A stretch of DNA of 64,000 bases from Dehalococcoidia bacterium (GTDB lineage Bacteria > Chloroflexota > Dehalococcoidia > Lucifugimonadales > Australimonadaceae). Shown here piece after piece: positions 28,549 to 38,763 of this stretch (position 1 is the first letter of the stretch; each line of letters starts with the position of its first letter). The DNA lies in assembly GCA_965249325.1 (NCBI GenBank), contig CBDFLP010000012.1, forward strand, positions 6,428-70,427, read 5' to 3'. The notes below the pieces were generated by a model, which saw only the letters and a list, made by a program, of their open reading frames with translations, was not told the DNA's origin and ran no database searches. Position numbers and translations under genes: made by a program.

Positions 28549-28954
28549 GGTGGTCGGAGTCGGGACCGGAGTTGGAGTCGGGACTGGAGTCGGGGTCGGC
28601 ATCGGGGTCGCCGTCACCGTCGCCGTCACCGTCGCCCTGGCGGTATCGGTGGCAGGGGCGGCCCCTCTTGCGTTGTCTCCGATGCCGCGCCCGCTTACGG
28701 CGAGGGTGAAAGTAAGTTCGACTCCCGCCGCCAGCGCCGGAATCGTCACCACCGGAGTGGCGCTCCCGTGATTGTCAAACCTTACCGTCACTCCGCTTGC
28801 GGGGCTGGTCAGCGCCCAGGAGTAAATGACATTCGCGCCCCACGGCCCGCCATCGCTGCCGCTGCCGTCGAGCGTCACATCGCCCCCCGCAGTCGGAACC
28901 GCTCCGTCATCCGGCCGGGCATCCGCCGTGGGGGCGAAGGGTGCGCCTGGATTA

Positions 28955-29545
28955 TCCCCCAGGTACAGATTCGCCAGCCCGGTCAGATCGTTGAAGACGC
29001 CGTCGGGAAGCGTGGTTAGCGCGTTGCTGTTCAGACTCAGATCCGTCAGCGCGGTCAGCCCGTCGAACACCCTGGCGCGAAGCGTGGTCAGGCCATTGTT
29101 GCCCAGAAGCAAAATCCTCACCCCGGTCAGATCGTCGAACACCCCGGCGGGAAGCGTGGTCAGACGGTTGTTGCCCAGGGCCAGAGTCTCCAGCGCGGTC
29201 AGGTTGTCGAACACCCCGTCGGGAAGCGTGGTCAGACGGTTGTTGCCCAGGACCAGAGTCTCCAGCGCGGTCAGGTTGTCGAACACCCCGTCGGGAAGCG
29301 TGGTCAGCGCGTTGCTGTTCAGGTTCAGTTCCGTCAGCATGGTCAGGTCGTCGAACACCCCGTCGGGAAGCGTGGTCAGCGCGTTGCTGTACAGCTGCAG
29401 TTCCGTCAGCGCCGTCAAATCGTCGAACACCTCGTCGGGAAGCGTGGTCAGCGCGTTATATGACAGGTCCAACTCCCTCAGCGAGGTCAGCCCGTCGAAG
29501 TCCCCTTCGGCGAGCGCAGCTATGCGCTGGTTGCTGAGATCCAGC
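28955..29545 (-). repeat. 72-bp tandem coding repeats (LRR units)
   Basis: The unit gtcgaacaccccgtcgggaagcgtggtcag(a/c)g(c/g)gtt(g)... recurs, encoding ...LTTLPDGVFD.LT.L..L.L..N. Confidence 0.85.
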
Positions 29546-30170
29546 TGACGGGTGATGGCGGCGAGATGGGCGTCGGTGACGTCGGCGCAGTCGATGGCCA
29601 CGCCCTGATCAGCCTCGATCAGGCGCAGCAACTCGACGCGCACCTCAGTTGTGCGCCCGCAGATGCCAGAGCTTGCGCTACGAAGTTGTAGACCACACCG
29701 TTGATGGTCGCATCCGTGATGTTGATGCTGCTCCTGCTGGTGAAGAACAGGAAACTCCCGCGACCGGACGAGTCGACCGAGAACTCGACGCTGCGCCGGG
29801 ATACGTACAGCTCTCCCCGGAGCCAACAATCAACCCCGGGCGGCACACGTCCGTGCCCTGCGCGCCCACGGGGGCAAGGGCCGCAAGGGCAGACGCCGCG
29901 ACTGCAAGCACCAGCGCGGCTGCCATCAGGAGCTTCCGCCGTGGGCGGCGTCCCGTAGCCTGCGCGGGCCGGTTGTCCAGAGCCCTCGCTTGACCCGCTT
30001 GCTTGAAGAACTGCATGAACATCCACTCCACGACTGCAAGCGACTATGTCATCGTTCCCGATGTTTAGGTCCACTCCCAGTGCCTTAGCGCCACGAGAGA
30101 GGAAGTCGTGGCTCGCGTTGTGGGCGAAAGACTTGTCCTTCATCCTCTTGGGCACGGCCGACAGGCGCGG

Positions 30171-31640
30171 CTACGCCCAGCTGCTTAGGTCGACGGACGG
30201 GAGCGCCGTGGCGCCCATGAGGTAGGCGTCGATGCCGTGGGCGGCCTGCCGCCCTTCCGCGATTGCCCACACGACGAGCGACTGGCCTCGCGCCATGTCT
30301 CCTGCTGCGAACACGCCGGGCACGCTGGTCATCTTGGACACGTCTGTCTTGACGTTGCCTCGTCCGTCGAGCTCAACGCCAAGCTGCTCCAGCATCCCCT
30401 CATGCTGGGGGTGCAGGAAACCCAACGCGAGCAGCACCAGCGACGCTTCCAACTCGAACTCGCTGCCGGGCGTCTCGGTCATTGTGGGCCGGCCCGTCTC
30501 ATCCGGCGGACCCCATTCGATGCGGGCTGCGTGGAGCCGCTCGACGCGACCGTTGCTGCCCGATAGACGCTTCGTGAGGATGGAGTAGTCGCGCACGCCG
30601 CCTTCCTCGTGGGCCGCGGAGCTGCGCAGGATGAGGGGCCACAGGGGCCACGGATTGTTCTTCGACCTCGATGCGGGCGGCTCCGGAAGGATCTCCCATT
30701 GCACGACCATCTCCGCGCCCTGGCGGTGCGCGGTGCCCAGGCAGTCGGCGCCGGTGTCGCCGCCGCCCAGGATAATGACCCGCTTGCCCTCGGCCGTGAT
30801 GCGCTGCTCGGGAGGCACTTCCAGACCGCGGTTGATCCTGTTCTGTTGCGTTAGGTAGTCAACTGCGGGGTGTACGCCCTCGAGCTCCTCGCCCGGGACA
30901 TTCAGCCGACGAGCAATCGTCGAGCCCCCAGTCAGACAGACGGCGTCGTATTCGTGCAGCAGGCTGTCCGCGGGAATGTCCACGCCAACGTTGCAGCTCG
31001 TGCGGAACTCGATTCCCTCCGCGGCCATCAAATCGACGCGTCGATTGACAACGCTCTTGTCCAGCTTGAAGTCGGGGATGCCGAGCGTGAGCAGCCCGCC
31101 CACGTACTCGTCACGCTCGAAAACCGTGACCAGATGCCCGGCGCGGTTCAGCTGGACGGCGGCGGCTAGGCCGGCAGGACCGGACCCAACGACGGCGACG
31201 CGCTTGCCGGTCCGCTTCTCGGGCGGGTGCGGCGCCATCCATCCCTCGTCGAAGCCGCGGTCCACGATGGCCTTCTCGATGTACTCAATCGTGACGGGCT
31301 CCTCGTTGATGGAGAGCACGCAGGAGGCCTCGCAGGGCGCGGGGCATATCCGGCCCGTGAACTCGGGAAAATTGTTGGTTGCGTGCAGCGCCGCCAGCGC
31401 GTCCTGCCAACGTCCCTTGTACACCAGGTCGTTCCAGTCGGGGATGAGATTGCCCAGTGGACAACCCTTGTGGCAGAAAGGAAGCGCGCAGTTCATGCAG
31501 CGCGCGGCTTGGACCCGAGACTTGTCGTCGGACCACGCCTCGTAGATCTCGCGGTAGTCCTTCGTTCGCTCTCCGGCGGGCCGGCGCTCAGGAGGCTCGC
31601 GCTCGAATTCTAGGAATCCGGTCGCCTTACCCACTGCCAA
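30171..31640 (-). CDS. gltD: Glutamate synthase (NADPH) small subunit
   Basis: 489 aa with the Fe-S Cys cluster (CMNCALPFCHKGCPLGNLIP), FAD/NAD GxGxxG sites (VVGSGPAGLAAA; ILGGGDTGADC) and AAGDMARGQSLVVWAI. Confidence 0.95.
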   Translation of the reverse strand: MAVGKATGFLEFEREPPERRPAGERTKDYREIYEAWSDDKSRVQAARCMNCALPFCHKGCPLGNLIPDWNDLVYKGRWQDALAALHATNNFPEFTGRICPAPCEASCVLSINEEPVTIEYIEKAIVDRGFDEGWMAPHPPEKRTGKRVAVVGSGPAGLAAAVQLNRAGHLVTVFERDEYVGGLLTLGIPDFKLDKSVVNRRVDLMAAEGIEFRTSCNVGVDIPADSLLHEYDAVCLTGGSTIARRLNVPGEELEGVHPAVDYLTQQNRINRGLEVPPEQRITAEGKRVIILGGGDTGADCLGTAHRQGAEMVVQWEILPEPPASRSKNNPWPLWPLILRSSAAHEEGGVRDYSILTKRLSGSNGRVERLHAARIEWGPPDETGRPTMTETPGSEFELEASLVLLALGFLHPQHEGMLEQLGVELDGRGNVKTDVSKMTSVPGVFAAGDMARGQSLVVWAIAEGRQAAHGIDAYLMGATALPSVDLSSWA

Positions 31641-34600
31641 CCGCTTGGAGCGCTGATTGCTTGCCCGCTTCGATCACGCGACGGTAGTCCCTCGGGTAGA
31701 CCTTGACGAACTTTGTCAGGAATGCGTCCCAGTCGTCCAAGACGCGCGCCGCGTTGGCGCTGCCCGTGTACTTGCGGTGCTTCTGGACCATCGCGCGGAG
31801 CTCCTCGATGTCCTCTGGCTCGACCACCGGCTCGAGGTCCACGAGCTCCTGGTTGCAGCGCATGTCGAAGTCGCCCGCCTCGTCGAGGACGTACGCGATG
31901 CCGCCGCTCATCCCGGCGGCGAAGTTCCGCCCTGTCGGGCCCAGCACTATCACGCGCCCGTTGGTCATGTACTCGCAGCCGTGGTCGCCCACGCCATCGA
32001 CGACGGCGTGCGCGCCGCTGTTGCGGACACCGAAGCGTTCGCCCGCTAGGCCGCGGATGAACACCTCGCCGCCGGTGGCGCCGTAGAGGGCCACGTTGCC
32101 GACGATGATGTTCTCCTCGGCCACGAACGTCGACTGCCGGGGAGGGACCACCACCAGCCGCCCGCCGGAGACGCCCTTGCCGAAATAGTCGTTGGAGTCG
32201 CCCTCCAGCGTGAACGCGACGCCCTTGGCGAGGAACGCCCCGAAGCTCTGGCCCGCGGAGCCGGTGAACGTGACGTTGATCGTATCGTCGGGCAACCCGT
32301 CCTCGCCGTAGCGCTGGGCTATCTCGCCGCTGAGCATCGTGCCGACGGTCCGGTTGGCGTTGCGGATCGGCGACTCAAAGGTGACCGGCTCGCGGTGTGA
32401 GAGCGCCCGTTGCGAATGCGCAATCAGTTCGTGGTCGAGCGCCCGCTCGAGGCCGTGGTCCTGGTCCTCGCAGTGGCAACGGGCGACGGAGTCCGGCGCC
32501 TCGGGCTTCGCGAGCAGGTCGGTCAGGTCGATGCCCTTCGTCTTCCGCCAATGGTCGATAACGGAGCCGGTCTTGAGCTTGTCGACTCGGCCCACCATCT
32601 CGTTGACCGTGCGGAACCCGAGCTGGGCCATGATCTCGCGCAAGTCCTCCGCCACGAAGAAGAAATAGTTGATGAGGTGCTCGGGTTGGCCCGCGAACCG
32701 CTTCCGTAGCTCCGGGTCCTGCGTCGCGACGCCTACCGAGCAGGTGTTGAGGTGACACTTGCGCAACATGATGCAGCCCTGCGTCACCAGGGAGGCGGTC
32801 GCGATGCCGAATTCGTCGGCCCCGAGGAGACAGGCGATCGCGACGTCGCGGCCCGTCTTAATCTGGCCGTCGGTCTGCACCACGATTCGGCCGCGGAGGT
32901 TGTTCCGGACGAGCACCTGCTGCGTCTCGGCGATGCCAAGCTCCCACGGCAACCCGGCATGTTTGATCGACGACTCGGGCGACGCCCCAGTGCCTCCGGT
33001 GTCGCCGCTGATGAGCACGACGTCTCCGTGCGCCTTCGATACTCCCGCGGCGATGGTCCCGACGCCAACCTCGGCCACCAGCTTCACGTGGATGCGGGCG
33101 CGCGGGTTGGCGTTCTTCAAGTCGTGAATCAGCTGCGCCAGATCCTCGATGGAGTAGATGTCGTGGTGGGGCGGAGGCGAGATCAGCTCTACACCCGGCG
33201 TGGAGTTGCGTATCCAGCCGATGTATTCGTCCACCTTGTAGCCCGGCAACTGTCCACCCTCGCCCGGCTTGGCCCCCTGCGCAATCTTGATCTGCAGGTC
33301 GGACGCGTTGACCAAGTAGTTCGTGGTGACGCCGAACCGGCCCGACGCCACCTGTTTGATGGCGCTGTGCCGCCGGTCTCCGTTCGAGTCGGGGGTGTAG
33401 CGGCGATAGTCTTCGCCTCCCTCGCCGCTGTTGCTGCGCGCGCCTATGCGGTTCATCGCGATCGCCAGCGATTCGTGCGCCTCGCGGCTGATGGAGCCGA
33501 GGGAGATTGCGCCCGACGCGAACCGCTTGACGATTTCGACGGCGGGCTCGACCTCGTCGATCGGAATAGGCTGGGGCAGGGTCTCGAAATCGAGCAAGCC
33601 GCGCAGCGTGCAGAGGCGGCGCTCGTAGCCGTTGGCGAGCTCCGCGAAATCGCGGTACGCGCGGGCGTCGTTGGTCCTGCTGGCGAATTGCAGCTTCGCG
33701 ATGGTGTCAGGGTTCCACATGTGGTACTCCCCGTCGCGGCGCCAGTAGTAGAACCCGCCTGGGTCCAGGTCGAGCGCCGCGTCGATCGCGACCTCGGGGA
33801 ACGCGCGCGCGTGGCGTGCCAGCACGTCCGCCTCGATGGCGTCGGTGTCGATGCCGCCGATCCGTGAAGCCGTCCATGTGAAGTACTCGTCCACCAGCCG
33901 CTGGCTCAGCCCGACCGCCTCGAAAATCTGAGCCCCGTGGTAGCTGTGTATCGTGGAGATCCCCATCTTGGAGATCACCTTCAGCAGACCCTTGGTTGTC
34001 GCCTTGATGTAGTTGTACGCCGCCTCCGCCGCGTCTGGGAAGAGGCCCTGACGGCGCATATGCTCCAGTGTTTCCAACGTGAGATATGGGCAGACCGCCC
34101 CCGCGCCATAACCGATCAGCAAGGCCAGGTGGGCCACCTCGCGCGGCTCAGCGCTCTCTACGACGATTCCCACTTTCGTGCGCTCGCCCTCGCGAATGAG
34201 GTGGTGATGCACGCCGGCGGTCGCCAGCAGGCTGGGGATAGCCGCGTGATGCGGGTCCACGCCCCGGTCGGAGAGGACGAGGATCGTACAGCCCGCTTCG
34301 ATAGCCTCCGACGCGCCGCGGCGCAGAGCGTCCATCGCGCGGTCCATCGCGCCCGGCCCTTCGTCGGCCGGGAAGAGCAGCGACAGCGTCGCCGCCTTAA
34401 TGCCGGGCCGGTCGACCGCCTTGATCTTCTCGAGGTCGCGCTCCGTGAGGACAGGGTTGGGCAGCCGGAGTTGACGAGCGTGAAGGGGGGTCTCCTCGAA
34501 CAGATTGCGCTGAGCGCCGAGGTTGATGTTGACCGACGTCACGAGCTCCTCGCGGATCGCGTCGAGCGGCGGGTTGCTCACCTGGGCGAACAGCTGCTTG

Positions 34601-36171
34601 AAGTAGGTGAACAGAAGTTGCGGGCGATCGGAGAGCACGGCCAAGGGGGCGTCGTTGCCCATGGAGCCGGTGGGCTCCGCGCCGTTGACCGCCATCGGCT
34701 CCAGCAGGATGCGGAGGTCCTCTTGTGTATACCCGAACGCCTGCTGCAGGTCGACCAACGACTCCTCGTCGAGCTCATGGCGACCGTTGCGGCCGGGCTC
34801 GGGGTCCGGAAGCGCGTCCAAGTGCACCAAGTTGTCCCGCAGCCACTCGCCATAGGGCTGGCTCGCCGACAACTCCGACTTGATCGTGGCGTCGTCGACG
34901 ATGCCGCCGCGCTCCGGGTCCATCAGGAACATCCGTCCGGGGTGAATGCGCTCCTTGAACAGCACCTTCTCAGGCGGGATGTCGAGAACGCCCACCTCCG
35001 AGGCCATGACCAACGTGTCGTCGGTCGTCACGAGGTAGCGGAAGGGACGCAGTCCGTTGCGGTCGAGCACCGCGCCAACGCGGTCTCCGTCGGTGAAGGC
35101 GATGAGGGCCGGCCCATCCCAGGGCTCGACGAGGCAGGCGTGGTAGTCGTAGAAGTCGCGCTTGTCCTGCGACATCTGGACCTTCGGGCCGGTGGCCTCC
35201 GGGATCAGCGCCATCATCGCGTGGTGCAGCGGGCGCCCAGTGTGCAGCATGAGCTCGTAGGCGTTGTCGATACAAGCGGTGTCGCTCTGGCCCGGCCAGA
35301 TGATGGGGAACAGCTTGTCGAGATCGTCGCCGAATTCCGGCGAGGCCATGGCGTTCTGGCGCGCCGCCATCCAGTTGATGTTGCCCCGCAGCGTGTTGAT
35401 CTCGCCGTTGTGGACGATGTAGCGGTAGGGGTGCGCCAGCTTCCATGAGCCCAGGGTGTTGGTGCTGAAGCGCGAGTGCACAAGCGCGAATGAGCTCACC
35501 ACGAGCGGGTCAGCCAGGTCCTTGTAGAAGCCCTCGAGCTGGGTGCCTATGAGCAAGCCTTTGTAGACGACCAGCTTCGAGGACAGGCTGCAGACGTAGA
35601 ACTCGCCTCCGCCGGAGAGTCCCGCATCGAGGACTTCGCGCTCAGCGACCTTGCGAATGACGAACAGCTTGCGCTCGAACGCCGCGGAGTCCGACCCGGG
35701 GCCCATGCCGATGAATAACTGGCGAATCACCGGCTGACACTCCCGGGCGACGTAGCCGATGACGGACGGGTCCACCGGAACGTCGCGCCAGCCGAGGAAC
35801 CGCTGCCCCTCCTGTTCAGTGGCGCGGACGACGATTGCCTCGCACGCCTCGCGCTCTGCGCTGTCTTGCGGCAGAAACACGATGCCGGTCGCGTAGCCGC
35901 CCGGTCCCGGAAGGTCGATCCCCAGCTTCGCCGTTTCGCGGCGCAGGAAGTCGTGCGGCATCTGGAGCAATATGCCGGCGCCGTCGCCGGTTTCGGGGTC
36001 GCTACCCGCCGCGCCACGGTGCGCGAGGTTGGTCAGCACCTCGAGCCCGTTCCGAACGACCTCGTTGGACTTCACGCCGCGGACATTCGCCACGACGCCT
36101 ACTCCGCAGGCGCTGTGCTCGAACTCGGGACGATACAGCCCAAAGGGCTCACCTTTCCAAACGTTTGCCAC
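31627..36171 (-). CDS. gltB: Glutamate synthase large subunit
   Basis: 1514 aa. It has the N-terminal amidotransferase Cys (EHSACGVG), an FMN/3Fe-4S central domain and the C-terminal GXGXG domain (GNVALYGATGGEVFIRGLAGERFGVRNSG). Confidence 0.97.
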   Translation of the reverse strand: MANVWKGEPFGLYRPEFEHSACGVGVVANVRGVKSNEVVRNGLEVLTNLAHRGAAGSDPETGDGAGILLQMPHDFLRRETAKLGIDLPGPGGYATGIVFLPQDSAEREACEAIVVRATEQEGQRFLGWRDVPVDPSVIGYVARECQPVIRQLFIGMGPGSDSAAFERKLFVIRKVAEREVLDAGLSGGGEFYVCSLSSKLVVYKGLLIGTQLEGFYKDLADPLVVSSFALVHSRFSTNTLGSWKLAHPYRYIVHNGEINTLRGNINWMAARQNAMASPEFGDDLDKLFPIIWPGQSDTACIDNAYELMLHTGRPLHHAMMALIPEATGPKVQMSQDKRDFYDYHACLVEPWDGPALIAFTDGDRVGAVLDRNGLRPFRYLVTTDDTLVMASEVGVLDIPPEKVLFKERIHPGRMFLMDPERGGIVDDATIKSELSASQPYGEWLRDNLVHLDALPDPEPGRNGRHELDEESLVDLQQAFGYTQEDLRILLEPMAVNGAEPTGSMGNDAPLAVLSDRPQLLFTYFKQLFAQVSNPPLDAIREELVTSVNINLGAQRNLFEETPLHARQLRLPNPVLTERDLEKIKAVDRPGIKAATLSLLFPADEGPGAMDRAMDALRRGASEAIEAGCTILVLSDRGVDPHHAAIPSLLATAGVHHHLIREGERTKVGIVVESAEPREVAHLALLIGYGAGAVCPYLTLETLEHMRRQGLFPDAAEAAYNYIKATTKGLLKVISKMGISTIHSYHGAQIFEAVGLSQRLVDEYFTWTASRIGGIDTDAIEADVLARHARAFPEVAIDAALDLDPGGFYYWRRDGEYHMWNPDTIAKLQFASRTNDARAYRDFAELANGYERRLCTLRGLLDFETLPQPIPIDEVEPAVEIVKRFASGAISLGSISREAHESLAIAMNRIGARSNSGEGGEDYRRYTPDSNGDRRHSAIKQVASGRFGVTTNYLVNASDLQIKIAQGAKPGEGGQLPGYKVDEYIGWIRNSTPGVELISPPPHHDIYSIEDLAQLIHDLKNANPRARIHVKLVAEVGVGTIAAGVSKAHGDVVLISGDTGGTGASPESSIKHAGLPWELGIAETQQVLVRNNLRGRIVVQTDGQIKTGRDVAIACLLGADEFGIATASLVTQGCIMLRKCHLNTCSVGVATQDPELRKRFAGQPEHLINYFFFVAEDLREIMAQLGFRTVNEMVGRVDKLKTGSVIDHWRKTKGIDLTDLLAKPEAPDSVARCHCEDQDHGLERALDHELIAHSQRALSHREPVTFESPIRNANRTVGTMLSGEIAQRYGEDGLPDDTINVTFTGSAGQSFGAFLAKGVAFTLEGDSNDYFGKGVSGGRLVVVPPRQSTFVAEENIIVGNVALYGATGGEVFIRGLAGERFGVRNSGAHAVVDGVGDHGCEYMTNGRVIVLGPTGRNFAAGMSGGIAYVLDEAGDFDMRCNQELVDLEPVVEPEDIEELRAMVQKHRKYTGSANAARVLDDWDAFLTKFVKVYPRDYRRVIEAGKQSALQAVGSG

Positions 36172-36402
36172 CGATTACTCCTCGGCCTCACGGCGTTGAA
36201 TGCAAAAGCGCGCCTCTCCTGCTCTTGACGTGGGAGCCTAGGAGAGAACGCTGCTCGACCTTACAGGTATATGCTTTTCAAGAATAGCAGATTCCGCCTC
36301 GTAGTAAAAGGCTGTACTCGTTCGGTACAAGCTGTCCATCGGGTGAGGAACTGGGCGGGAGTGAGATAGCCGAAGGCTTTGCCCGTCTGCGGAGAGGTCC
36401 CC

Positions 36403-37632
36403 CTAGGCCTGGAGGGCCTGGATGAGCTGGAGGAGGGCCGCGGTGACGGCGCGGTTGCGGACGAGGGGGCGGCGCGACGGGAACTCGTGGCGGGCGACCG
36501 TCACGGAGTCCGGCGTGGCGACGCCGATGTACACGGTGCCCGCCTTGACGCCGTCCTGGTCGCCCGGCCCCGCGACGCCGGTGACGCTGATGGCGCAGTC
36601 GGCGCCGTAGGCGAGGCACGCGGCCTCCGCCATGGCCCGCGCCGTTTGGTCGCTGACCGCCCCGTGTTCGCGCAGGACCTCGACAGGCACGCCCGCGGCG
36701 ACCTTGCCCTCGTTCGTGTAGGTGATGCCCCCGCCCACGAAGTAGTCGGAGGAGCCGGGAATCTCGGTGAGGGCGGCGCCGACCATGCCTCCGGTGCACG
36801 ATTCGAGCACGGCGAGGGTGAGCTTCTTCTCCCGGAGCAGCTCGCCGACCCGTTGGGGCGGGTACTCTTCGTCGGAGCCCCAGATGTAGTCGCCGAGGGC
36901 GTCCCTGATCATCGCCTCGGCGCGGAGCAGCGTATTGAGCGCCTCGGTCTCGGTGTCGGCCTTTGCGATGGCGCGGACGTAGATGCCGTCCTGCTTTGCG
37001 TACACCCCGAAGTCCATGCCGTCGAGGTCGTAGACGTCGCGCACGGCCTCGTCGACGGCGGCCTCGCTCAGGCCGATGGTCTTGAAGGTGCGGGACATGA
37101 TCTTCTGTCCCGGCAGGCGCTCCTTCAGACGGGGGGCGATCTCCGTGGACCACATATTGGTCAGCTCGCGGGGCGGGCCGGGCAGGGTGAGCAGGATCTT
37201 TGCTCCGGTGTCGATCCACCAGCTCGGCGCGGTGCCCATGGCGTTCCGGATCGCCTTGGCCGACGGGATGATCCCCGCCTGACGGAGGTTCTGCTGGGGC
37301 ATCGGCTGGGCGCCGCGGCGGGCGAAGTTCTCCTCCAGCCACCGCTTGAGCTCGGGGTCGGTCGTGATCTCCTCGCCGAGCATATTGGCGATGCCATCGC
37401 GGGTGAGGTCGTCGAGGGTTGGGCCCAGGCCGCCCATCGCGATCACGACGTCAGAGCGGCGCCAGGCGCGGTCGAGGGTGTCGGTGAGCCGGGTGAGGTC
37501 GTCGCCGACGATGGTGACGAACTGGAGCTCGAGGCCGAACTCCGGGAGGCGCTGGCCGATCCAGGAGGAGTTGGTGTCCTGGGTCTCGCCCATGAGGAGC
37601 TCGGTGCCGACAGCGATGATCTCAGCCTTCAT
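36403..37632 (-). CDS. cinA: CinA-family protein (MoCF-binding domain + nicotinamide-nucleotide amidohydrolase PncC domain)
   Basis: 409 aa. The N-terminus MKAEIIAVGTELLMGETQDTNSSWIG is canonical, and the C-terminal CinA domain carries ESCTGG. Confidence 0.9.
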   Translation of the reverse strand: MKAEIIAVGTELLMGETQDTNSSWIGQRLPEFGLELQFVTIVGDDLTRLTDTLDRAWRRSDVVIAMGGLGPTLDDLTRDGIANMLGEEITTDPELKRWLEENFARRGAQPMPQQNLRQAGIIPSAKAIRNAMGTAPSWWIDTGAKILLTLPGPPRELTNMWSTEIAPRLKERLPGQKIMSRTFKTIGLSEAAVDEAVRDVYDLDGMDFGVYAKQDGIYVRAIAKADTETEALNTLLRAEAMIRDALGDYIWGSDEEYPPQRVGELLREKKLTLAVLESCTGGMVGAALTEIPGSSDYFVGGGITYTNEGKVAAGVPVEVLREHGAVSDQTARAMAEAACLAYGADCAISVTGVAGPGDQDGVKAGTVYIGVATPDSVTVARHEFPSRRPLVRNRAVTAALLQLIQALQA

Positions 37633-37684
37633 AGCGAGCGCGAGTATAGCACCGGCCCGGACGCTCCCTCGCTGTGGGGGCTCT

Positions 37685-37748
37685 CACCCGTCATCGCCCA
37701 GGCGCAAAATCCTCTCTCCCGTCTGCGGGGGAGAGCTAGAGAGGGGGC
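37685..37748. repeat. Dispersed palindromic element (type B: ctctcccccgtctgcgggggagag-tagagaggggg) with degenerate type A arm
   Basis: The same core recurs at 38470-38506, 40056-40093 (inverted) and 40288-40326. Diverged variants sit near 41986-42034, 56900-56935 and 62330-62650. Confidence 0.7.
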
Positions 37749-37765
37749 GTCAGCCCAGGCGGGCG

Positions 37766-38062
37766 CTATGCGCTTCTCGGCGCGACAGGCAATCTCCGCA
37801 CGGCTGCTCCGGCGTGTTCCTCGGCGACGGCGAGATCGAACTGCGTCTGAAGGTTCAGCCAGAACTGGGGGTCGACGTCGAACCAGTGTCCCAGGCGGAG
37901 GGCCGTGTCGCCGGTCACTGAGCGCTTGCCCGCGATAATCTGACTGATGCGGTTGGGCGGGACATCGATTGCGCGCGCGAACGCCGTCGGGCTGACGCCC
38001 AGCTCGTCGAGCTCATCCTTCAGCACCTCTCCGGGGTGAACAGCGCGCCTGAACATTCCCAT
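37766..38062 (-). CDS. higA: HigA-type antitoxin (XRE-family HTH)
   Basis: Start is at MGMFRRAVHPGEVLKDELDELGVSPTAFARAIDVPPNRISQIIAGKRSVTGDTALRLGHWF, the canonical HigA/VapI HTH_3 pattern. Confidence 0.8.
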   Translation of the reverse strand: MGMFRRAVHPGEVLKDELDELGVSPTAFARAIDVPPNRISQIIAGKRSVTGDTALRLGHWFDVDPQFWLNLQTQFDLAVAEEHAGAAVRRLPVAPRSA

Positions 38063-38072
38063 CGTCTCCTCT

Positions 38073-38357
38073 CTAATGGTAGTCGACAATCTCGACTTCG
38101 GTTGGACCAGCGTGGCCGCTAGGCCAGCTGAAGCAGATACGCCATTGCCGGTTGATGCGGATGGCATACAGTCCTTCCCGATCACCCCTGAGCGTCTCCA
38201 GGCGGTTGCTGGGCAACGCTCGCAAAGTATCCAGCGACGGCGCAGCGTTCAGGACTGAGAGCCGCTTGGCCGCCTGCTGCTCGAATCCTTGGAATGCTGC
38301 AACGAACGCGCCGCCGGCGAATAATTCGGTCCGCTTGCCCCCGTACCCGAGAATCAT
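38073..38357 (-). CDS. higB: HigB-type toxin (RelE/ParE superfamily, plasmid maintenance killer-like)
   Basis: Start is at MILGYGGKRTELF. ...LRALPSNRLETLRGDREGLYAIRINRQWRICFSW..G...EVEIVDYH matches the HigB C-terminal signature. It lies 10 nt upstream of higA. Confidence 0.75.
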   Translation of the reverse strand: MILGYGGKRTELFAGGAFVAAFQGFEQQAAKRLSVLNAAPSLDTLRALPSNRLETLRGDREGLYAIRINRQWRICFSWPSGHAGPTEVEIVDYH

Positions 38358-38442
38358 GGTAAGAAGATAGCACATCGTGTGACGATGTACGTCAATCGTA
38401 CATGCAAGCGCCAGGTATAGCAAGGACGATTCACACGTCTCC

Positions 38443-38583
38443 GCTCATTCCCGCGCAGGCGGGAAAATCCTCTCCACCGTCTGCGGGGGAGAGTTAGGGT
38501 GGGGGCTGTCTGCGGAGGCGCAGCCCACGCCACCCGTCATTCCCGCGCCCCCTCCGTCATTCCCGCGAAAGCGGGAATCCAGG
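38443..38583. repeat. Cluster of REP-like palindromic elements (type A gtcattcccgcg-N3-5-cgggaatcc x3, type B x1)
   Basis: Type A copies are at 38443-38470, 38535-38548 (half) and 38556-38583. Inverted or diverged copies are at 39891-39920, 40031-40055, 40531-40557 and 53488-53515. Confidence 0.75.
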
Positions 38584-38763
38584 CGGCATGACCTTCCCAG
38601 CCAGGAAATCAAGAGGTCTCTTCACGCAAACGGATGACAGTTGGCCCTTGCCTGTTCGCCGCGCCCATCCTTAGCCTGTCTTCACAGCCTCTATCCCGGC
38701 GTATCGTGAGGGGGCGAAATAGGGGAGGACGCCGTGGGCGACGCTATGCTGGTTCCAGTAAGC

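Larger units (their letters stand above)
27537..30031 (-). pseudogene. Secreted leucine-rich-repeat (LRR) surface protein, reading frame broken at least three times
   Basis: The pieces lie in four frames. The signal peptide (RRKLLMAAALVLAVAASALAALAPVGAQG) is in frame of ORF 29678..30031. A beta-rich module (EFSVDSSGRGSFLFFTSRSSINITDATINGVVYNF) is in frame of 29619..30155. ICGRTTEVRVELL + about 8 x 24-aa LRRs (NALTTLPDGVFDxLTxLxxLxL) + PT linker + FN3-like module are in 28105..29829. A second FN3-like module + 2 C-terminal repeats are in 27537..28532. Confidence 0.6.

Noticed and set aside
27150-30160. Integrative element or prophage at tRNA-Lys.
   Set aside because: No integrase, excisionase or phage gene is present, and I could find no direct repeat of the tRNA 3' end downstream. 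Only the degraded LRR gene follows.
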